NCBI GenBank assembly: GCA_016748015.1
Contig: JAAOMT010000042.1
Location: 1 to 10,757, forward strand
Length of the DNA stretch: 10,757 nt
Reading direction: 5' to 3'
DNA from: Geosiphon pyriformis uo1
Taxonomy: Eukaryota > Fungi > Glomeromycota
Every line of letters starts with the position of its first letter. Position 1 is the stretch's first letter. This document shows positions 1 to 6,699 of this stretch, piece by piece. The notes under the pieces were generated by a model. The model was not told the origin of the DNA. It searched no databases and saw only the letters and a list, made by a program, of their open reading frames with translations. A program made the translations under genes and the position numbers.

Positions 1-659
1 CTATATGGCGATTTGTACTTATGTATATGGTATAGGGACCAGATAGGTTACCATTCCCAAGTACCTGCAATTCCACTACGTTGTACACCATGGGTGGTAT
101 TTTATTACAAGGATGAATTGGTGAGTTAGTATAAAGGGTATCCTGAAGGACTTTTGGAGTACTGTTGGGATTGTGTGCCTGTCCAAGAGGGTATGGATGG
201 TATTATGTGTGGTTGGTGATAGCCAGGACTACTCTCTATATTTGTGTTGGTTTCTTACTACACATCTGGGGCCAAGTTCCTGATTGGTATTGCTGTAAGA
301 ATTTGGATCCCACCCTATTTAGCTTATGGCCCCACACCAATAGATCAGTCATAGCCCAGTCCTATATAAGCATGAATAGGGATCCCATGGTTGATTGGTA
401 TGGACATGGATTGGTATATTGGGTCCTTTGGTTAGGGGAGTGGCCTCATACCCCAGACCCATCCCAGACGTTGTGCTACGCCCCCACACCCCATTTGGTA
501 GGTATTCGACCCCCAGTACCCACTGCAATTTGGTACCTATTGGTACTCCCCAGATGGTCCCCCCAGTCCACCGGCCCCAATCCCCCTGTCCTCTACGGGC
601 AATGCTCCCTAGGCCCAGTACCGCTGCTTTTGGCCCTCCCCCCTGTAGCCCAAACGCGA

Positions 660-875
660 TTAGGAGAGCGTGCTCGCGCCCCGCACTGGGGCCCTACCTA
701 CCCGCCTCGAGGGCGGCCAAGGGCCCCCTGGCGTAGGCCGTCCCCCTTGTAGTGCCAACCCCTTTGAAGCGGGCCAAATAACCTTAAAGCCCGCACTGTG
801 TCAATACCTCCCCTAAAGCCAACCTGCCCTTGAGGCTGGCCTATACACTTAGGGGGTCCATCCCTTAAGGGACAT
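660..875. repeat. GC-rich hairpin cluster
   Basis: ggggccct (688-695) pairs with agggcccc (720-727) and encloses ccgcc/ggcgg (702-716). Also gcgggc (769-774) with gcccgc (789-794), and the palindrome tcccttaaggga (861-872). Confidence 0.7.
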
Positions 876-1059
876 CTGGTTTACCCGTATCAGGATCACT
901 ATAACTACTATATTTTGTGCCGGATGCCACAAACGGGTCCTTGTATGTACCGGTGCGAACTGAAGGGCCCATAGTGGCCGGCCAAGTAGACTTTCTCCAT
1001 CGATACCCCGCCGGAGGCCCTATACATTCAACCCTTACCCTCGACTGCACTTAGAATAA

Positions 1060-1277
1060 TGGTTTGGATGGAGGATGGTTGACAGGATTCAACGGGCCAA
1101 ATCTGTTTGGCGCTAACTATAACTAGGGGAACCAAATAGAATTCCGAGTAGGTAGCTAGAGGTCTCATTTTAAGGAGAGTTGAATTGCCCATAATGGTGG
1201 GAGTATAACTTAGGGCGATATCATGGGTCATACTGGATGGGGTAGTACTAACAAGTAACTGGATTTGTCTAGAGTGT
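1060..1277 (-). pseudogene. Possible atp9 relic
   Basis: IALSYTPTIMGNSTLLKMRP-LATYS (1219 to ~1145) is spaced like IALIFAALING.SRNPSLRPQLFSY and is followed by an out-of-frame IL.G. The RNP motif and the Gly-rich helix are absent. Confidence 0.25.
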
Positions 1278-1347
1278 AAAGTGCGAGGGGAATCGAACAC
1301 CTGTATAACGATTATCGGTTCATTCTAACCATTTTCACTACGCCTCT
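1278..1347 (-). tRNA. Degenerate tRNA-Ile(GAU)-like gene
   Basis: Minus strand reads AGAGGCG TA GTGAAAATGGTTAGAAT G AAC C GAT AA TCGTT ATAC AGGTG TTCGATT CCCCT CGCAC. It has a canonical T-loop and a D-loop GG. The anticodon arm is ~3 nt short and the acceptor stem has mismatches. Confidence 0.6.
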
Positions 1348-1357
1348 CATTAGAGGG

Positions 1358-1685
1358 ATGTGTAATCATAACAGCCGTATAATGTGGGGGAACAGATACC
1401 CTTATGGTAGCCAGTTTAAAGCATGGTGTAATCAACCCCCCTATGCCCTCATCCTACTATTGTATGCTACCTATAGGTACGTATGGCTACTATCGTATGC
1501 TGCAACCGCTGTGCAAAACAATATGGTGTTATTGTCATACATAGGAACCATGAGTATGGCTATTATCGTAAGGGTATGGACCGTCATAAGGGTCGAACAC
1601 CCCCTAGTACTGAGGGTAGCCCTGCTGCTGTCCCATTGTACACATTACTTGGGGGTCTGATACTGTCCTAGCTGCTACTGTTACT
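1358..1685 (+). pseudogene. nad6: Probable nad6 relic (N-terminal part)
   Basis: Hydrophobic ORF. An NP in an adjacent frame (~1433) precedes ALILLL. LSYIGTMSMAIIVRVWTVI has the same spacing as consensus L.YI.VYVGAI..LF.FVI and is followed by PL. Confidence 0.4.
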
Positions 1686-1689
1686 GATA

Positions 1690-2715
1690 AACCTATACTA
1701 CTAGACTGCATTAAGTCGCATCCCTACCATATAGGGTATACGTCCCTATACAACTATGACGTATCTAAGAAACTTCCTCACACTAACATACTCTGCTGTC
1801 ATGTAACTGAAATTGCTCCAGCTATTGGGTTCGCTACTCCATAGGATTCCTCTCCACTGGGCTATTACACTATGGTTCAGATCCGTAGTTACCGAATGTA
1901 GCTCTCCCCCCCTAGGACCCCCCCCCTATCAGTACATAGGATAGCATAGCTACTCATCTCTATTGTGCACAGAGTTATATCGTGGAATCACACTCCTTCC
2001 TATAAAGACTATCAGTATCAATGCTGTTATCAGTCATAGTAGATTAGCATTAGCTTTAGCATAGTAGTCCATCATCATAGTGGTTACTATCCTCCTACTA
2101 CTGTTGCATACACTCATAGCTACTATCATACTACTGCTGTTGCATAGGACTTGAAGTAGTATATACATTACTTCCTATAGTCGGTATCAGTGCTAGTAGT
2201 AGATTGCTATTGCTGGCTGTAACGATCTTGTCATGAGTGTGATGAGTAGCGGGTTGGTGTAGGAGGACTGCTATCGGATAATATGACTGCTGTCCAGTAC
2301 CCTAGTAGGTAGTTAGCCTGCTATTCCCTATGCAAGTTGATCATTATGCTATCAGTAGTCAGTTAGGGCTTTATCCGTTATCCTAGTGCTATCAGTCAAA
2401 TAGGACCTTCCTATTGGGTTATCATCAATAGGGTATTGCTATGCTGTTATCATGCATCCTTGCTATCAGTGTAGTATGAAGACTACCTATAGTGATCAGT
2501 CAGTTGGCTATGCTATCCCTCGCAGTGCTATCCCTGCAGTAATAGTAGAGTACCTCGGATGGCTATCAGTAGGTATCATCTTGCGCAGTACTAGTAACCC
2601 AGGTTGAGTTATGCGCTATTGGTTGCTCACAGTAGTGGGACTGGAATCGGTAATGCTCTAAGTGCTCTATGCTATGGGTATCCTATGCTGTGCTATCATA
2701 TGTTATACGGGGCTA
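1690..2715 (+). pseudogene. cox3: Cytochrome c oxidase subunit 3, frameshifted and expanded cryptogene or pseudogene
   Basis: Ordered motifs: HPYH (1719-1730), LTYSAVM* (to 1806), LWFRSVVTE (from 1870; fungal LWFRDV..E), YIG*HS, YPP (~2087), TIILL, VIV-G-T and LSVGIILR (~2539-2586), VGLESVML* (2635-2661; VGLE.AILYW). The invariant WHFVD is not recognisable. Confidence 0.75.
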
Positions 2716-2781
2716 TCAGTACGTAGTAGTCAAGTTATACTGTTAGTCCTTGGGTATGATGCTGCTATCATTATGAGTGGT

Positions 2782-4355
2782 ATGCTATATAAGAAGTCGG
2801 GATACTCCGGGAGTAGCATTGTGTCCCCATATAGGGTAGAATCGTGGATCCCCTGGGGCTCTCTTCTGGCTTTTGTACCTATGTGGAGCTGCTATCAGTC
2901 AGTATGATCCCCACTATTAGCTATCATGCTATGTGCTATCATATATCCACGTAGTTTGCTGTTATTAGTAGGATCCACTCCTGCTAGACTATAGTGTATA
3001 ACGGGGGTCGGCGAGTAGCATATGATACCTATATAGGCGTGTATTAGCAGTATATCCTCATGGTTGATAGCTATCAGTCTCATTACGTAGGTGAGTAAAG
3101 TATGATCCATAGCTGGAAGTGCTATCATAGTCCTACTGGAGGGGCTATCTCCTCGCTGGCTTTAGCTACCTTCCCAGGAATGATCCTCACTGTTATTATC
3201 AGTATGCTGTGCATAGTCTATCAGGTTAGTAGACTTCGATCATAGGGTGCATTGTAGAATTATCCTATATGGTATACCTTGCTGTACTGAGTACATTCGT
3301 GTCATGGAGTCGTCTACCATACTCGGACTCTTACCCTACGTGAGCAGGTAGTGTATATGCTGTTCATGGTCAGGTAGTACTAATGGCACAGTCTCGGACC
3401 CTGTAAACGATAGTTACTGTAGTTAATAGTCCTCTGTTCTCTACTATGCATTGTTGAGTCCTCTGACTACCAACAGTAAGGATAGTGGAGTCGGACGAAC
3501 AGTATATTGGTGGTTAAAGTCCATAGTAGTAGGATTGTAAGTACTGTAGGACACCTGGCTTTTGATAGGCTATAAAGGTTACAGTGGTTATCATCCAGTT
3601 CGGAGGAGTAGTAGTTTATGATTATCCCTATCCGATCAGGGTATACGAGTATGATGATTAGACCCTCACCCTTAGCAAGCTGGACCAAGTACCAAGGGTT
3701 ATTACAGTATACTCTATTCGTCTAGTAATCCACACCATATACCAATCACATCTGAATCAACCATACTGTTCATCCGTTACCCTACGGATTATACGGGTTA
3801 TTCATAGTGGTTGTCATTTTTAGTAGTCATATACTCTAGCATAGCATACGAGACTATCGATGGCTTGCTACTCCTCTAATAGTGGTTGTCATTATCCCAA
3901 GTACTCTTGTAGGAAGGGAGTGCTAACTAGCTTCATTACCTACCCACATTAGCACTAGTAGGACTATCAGTGTTAATATCCGTTCATAGGATGGGAAGTC
4001 GAACCCCCCTTATCAGACTGTACTGATGCTATCCTTGTAACCTCTGCAGGATACTGATCCTTGCCATAGCTGAGAGCCGATAGTAGGAATCGAACATTGC
4101 TACCCACAGGAGTAGCGTTATAACCTTTTAACTATCCCTGCAATAAAAGTTTACTATCCTATGCTATAGGCCAAATTTAGTTATGACCGATTATATGCTC
4201 TATCCTACTAACTGGTTCATAGGTACTCAAGCATGAGTAGGGTTCATAGTTAATAGAGGGATTCTACCTAGTTATAATGACTAATGAGTAGCTGGATCCT
4301 TACCTTTGTTCATACCCTTATGGTCCAAGCATCCTTATCTCGAACCCTACTAGCT
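2782..4355 (+). pseudogene. cob: Apocytochrome b, frameshifted, expanded and partly duplicated cryptogene or pseudogene
   Basis: W..WGSLLA (GSLLA at 2857-2871); WLI-[R]-Y (3061); VHCRIILYG (~3247; HIGRGLYYG); Y.L..GQ...ATV (~3354-3393); KD.VE...GG*S (~3477-3520); LHYLP (3931-3945); LISVHRMGS-[S]-NPL (~3973-4011); RP (~4168); W.IG..KH.E (~4213-4236). PEWY is not intact. Confidence 0.75.
4075..4141 (-). tRNA. Second degenerate His(GUG)-like tRNA, antisense within the cob relic
   Basis: Minus strand reads GCAGGGA TA GTTA AAAGGTTA TAAC G CTACTC CTGTG GGTAG CAAT G TTCGATT CCTAC TATCGGC. The D arm is nearly identical to that of 4418-4489. The variable region and 5' T-stem are collapsed. Confidence 0.5.
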
Positions 4356-4417
4356 GAGGGGGTCTGATCGATCTAATCGTACGGTACCCAGTTCAGTGTA
4401 GCATAGTCCCCCATGGG

Positions 4418-4489
4418 TTTATTACCCAGGAGTCGAACCAACAGGACCCCTGACCACAACTCAGTGTTATACCTTTTAACTAGTACTAC
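4418..4489 (-). tRNA. Degenerate tRNA, His(GUG)-like (Thr-UGU register also possible)
   Basis: Minus strand reads GTAGTAC TA GTTA AAAGGTA TAAC A CTGAG TTGTGGT CAG GGGTC CTGTTGG TTCGACT CCTGG GTAAT. It has a perfect 4-bp D stem and a canonical T-loop; the 3' side of the anticodon stem is ~2 nt short. Confidence 0.6.
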
Positions 4490-4549
4490 CATTATAACCT
4501 AGTAGAGTCTATTATTACGACCCCTCTGAGGGGAAGGGTTAGTTCTATT

Positions 4550-6417
4550 TGTTATTGCTGTTTGGTCGAGAGGCTTGTATAGTAGATCCCTTGCGCCCTG
4601 CAAGTAGTACCTTTGCCTTGACTATAATATCAGTACTGATAAGGGGAGTGAACCAGTATAACAGTAGCTATGAGGACTTCATGATGTAGAGTTGCATAGG
4701 GTCCTACACGTTGGATAGTATGCTATCATACCTGTCAAGGGAAGTCGTTAGTACCTTATTGTCCTGACGTTCGATCCTCCCATATCCAGTCAGGATATAC
4801 GGTTGGAACCCCGTAGTCCCCCCGATGTAGGGGGAGACCCAGTCTAACTCCCCCCTACCCTTTCAAAAGGCTAGCGACACTTGAATGAGAAGTTACAAGG
4901 ATCAGAGGTATGGTAGTAGATTGGTTACATGATTTTACGCTACTTGTAGCATAATAGACCCTACTGGTAGTTTAACCCGTTGGTATGGAGGACTCAGCCT
5001 CCCTGTGCGTGGTATGATGAGGTTACCAGTGCTACTGATATAAAGTAAGTTCCCAACTCCTCCGAACAGGTATCTAGCTACACGTCCCCTAATCAAATGC
5101 TCGGATAGCTGTCCTAATGGTGTTACTATTAATGGCCGGTGCATCATGAGGTTGGATGTAGTCCCAATGGTGCGGATAGGTATGAACGTGGGATATCGCC
5201 ATTATGAGTAGTATGCAGTGCCGGGCTACAGGGTTCCGCAGTCTGCTGTTGATCCACTTAAGTTGGTACTGTGCATATGCTACCTCGATTAGGTAATTCG
5301 AGTATAACCCTGTAGTGAACTCAATAGCCATTAGACTAAGGGATCCAACTGTACTAGCTGTGTAGGGAAGGGTAAATACTCAGTACCCGTCGTCTCATAT
5401 CCTGCTTTAAGACATGCTGTATCCTCTGCTTGACGAACAGCAGTGCTTTGAAGAATGCGTGGAACCTGTTGGAACTGACATGGTAGTCGTCTAGTAAAAC
5501 AGCCATTAACAGTAACCTATTGGCTACATGTATCCTATGCTATACCGAGGTACTTATGCACTAGTCCGCTGCGAATAGAGCAGTCAAGGAATCCATGTTA
5601 TCCCTCAGGCAGTACCCACTCTATGAGTAGTGAGGATATAGTTATAGTAATAACTACTGCTGTTACTAGGGAGCTGGATCAATGCTGAGGCCTCTGTAGG
5701 CTATTTGTAGAATAGGACTGTGGATACACACCAGGGATACCGTACAAGTATATGATTTATAGTAGTGGTCTAATCCCTGCGTAGTCTGCTAGGGTTATAC
5801 TGGTCCTGCTCTCTTTCTAGCCCGACCTCCGCATACAGCCCGTACCATAACAGACTTGCTCCTAGCCGAGATAGACTCCATACTATGACCCCCCGGATCC
5901 CGCTGAACAGGCTATCCTGCAACCCCCTGTACGCGAATTCTGATATGACACTTACTATCCCGATTACCTTGGATGATGTGTATGGAGACCATGGATGACC
6001 CAGGCGATACAGGATAGGATCCCCAACCCCTACCAGCTTGTATACTCGAATTATGTTTAAGTTGATACCTGTGCATAGAGGGATGGCCATCCTTAATAGC
6101 ATAGCAGTAGCAAGCATTAGTACTGTGTATTAGTACTCTAATAGGTGCCCCTTAAGTTAGAGCTCCCTGCAGCGCTCTTAATAGGGTTCTCATTTTACTA
6201 ACCTTAGTTACCTCTAGCCCCGTTGGTCCGGTGATGGCCTTACTAGGGTCCCATTTAATAGGTACTGCCGCTCTCTAGTCCTTGTGCAGCAGCGTTCTAC
6301 TGGCTACCATATTATACAGAGTACAGGTAGTGATAACTGGAGTAGGATTGCAGTGGCTCTATGGCCCCCAGTGCAGCTTATGCATACTACTTAATGGTGC
6401 TCTCAGGTTCAGTACAG
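4550..6417 (-). pseudogene. nad5: NADH dehydrogenase subunit 5, frameshifted cryptogene or pseudogene, near full length
   Basis: Collinear motifs across changing frames: IGIVS..EFAYR.LQ and SRLG (~5965-5860); PTEASALI then LVTA (from 5700; consensus PTPVSALIH..TMVTAG); IA*DTCSQ, IGY, LLMAV (5543-5498; IAYSTCSQ.GY); exact HAFFKALLF (5461-5435); QDMRR; GSLSLMAIEFTTGLYS..LIEVAY (from 5346); TAYYS; HDAP (5148-5137); VARYLFGGVG; EAE (5001-4993); LDR (4739-4731); VGPY (4707-4696). Confidence 0.93.
4801..4870. repeat. GC-rich hairpin insertion in the 3' part of nad5
   Basis: gtagggggag (4827-4836) can pair either with ctccccccta (4848-4857) or with tcccccc (4817-4823). Confidence 0.6.
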
Positions 6418-6640
6418 GGTTCTTAAGTTAATAGCCCTGCATTTGACGGGCTGTAGTACTTTATACTTCATGGATATTGATACCTGCAATTGGTGGATCT
6501 TCAGTACTCGTACATGTGGCCAAATTGACTAGTAGATGAGGTGATAGTACAAATCTATGTTGTTCAGTATAGTGGAATGAAATGGACCCTGCCCCGCCTG
6601 GACAGTCTAGATACCTAATCCTACCTACCATTGCATAACC
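6418..6640 (-). pseudogene. nad4L: Possible nad4L relic directly upstream of nad5
   Basis: GH.Y...IAG (to 6482), then YY...R.INLRT ending immediately before the inferred nad5 start. nad4L-nad5 adjacency is typical of fungal mtDNA. Weak similarity and uncertain start. Confidence 0.35.
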
Positions 6641-6699
6641 TTTAAACGCGCCTTTGTAAAGGATCCTGACATTTAATAGCTTTATGACCCATGCAAGTA

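Larger units (their letters stand above)
1..1762 (+). repeat. Direct repeat copy 1 (same as 8996-10757); unit length 8,995 bp
   Basis: Both ends match at offset 8995, and all six ORFs in this span recur with identical translations at +8995 (e.g. 165..752 and 9160..9747). Not compared base by base. Confidence 0.97.

Noticed and set aside
165-752. 195-aa and 113-aa ORFs (and their copies at +8995)
   Set aside because: Their composition follows the G/T to C skew switch and the GC hairpins. No Rep, polymerase or endonuclease motif was seen.
1807-3426. Long + frame-1 ORFs if TAG and TGA are read through (simple alternative code)
   Set aside because: Several cox3 and cob motifs fall in other frames, so recoding alone does not restore the proteins. 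TAA is also scarce here, so long TAA-free stretches are weak evidence.
3985-4050. D-armless tRNA-like fold on the minus strand
   Set aside because: The apparent T-loop is better explained as the cob GSSNPL codons on the + strand, and the anticodon loop is non-canonical.
4640-5610. Short LSU rRNA-like words (AGTGAACCAGTA ~4647, GTAAGTTCC ~5045, GGGATAACA on - ~5596)
   Set aside because: They are isolated, fall on mixed strands and lie inside the well-supported nad5 relic.
5370-5870. Clathrina-type code with CGN=Gly
   Set aside because: CGG occupies the conserved Arg of the nad5 NR.G motif (SRLG). The QDMR-CGA-CGG site is ambiguous.
5770-6117. cox1-like GVGDPILY..GHP in the 115-aa minus-strand ORF
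   Set aside because: The flanks fit nad5 collinearly (LV..GD, IGIVS, SRLG, then PT..SALI). There is no EVY or other cox1 motif, and GGATCC (giving GDP) is common in this DNA.
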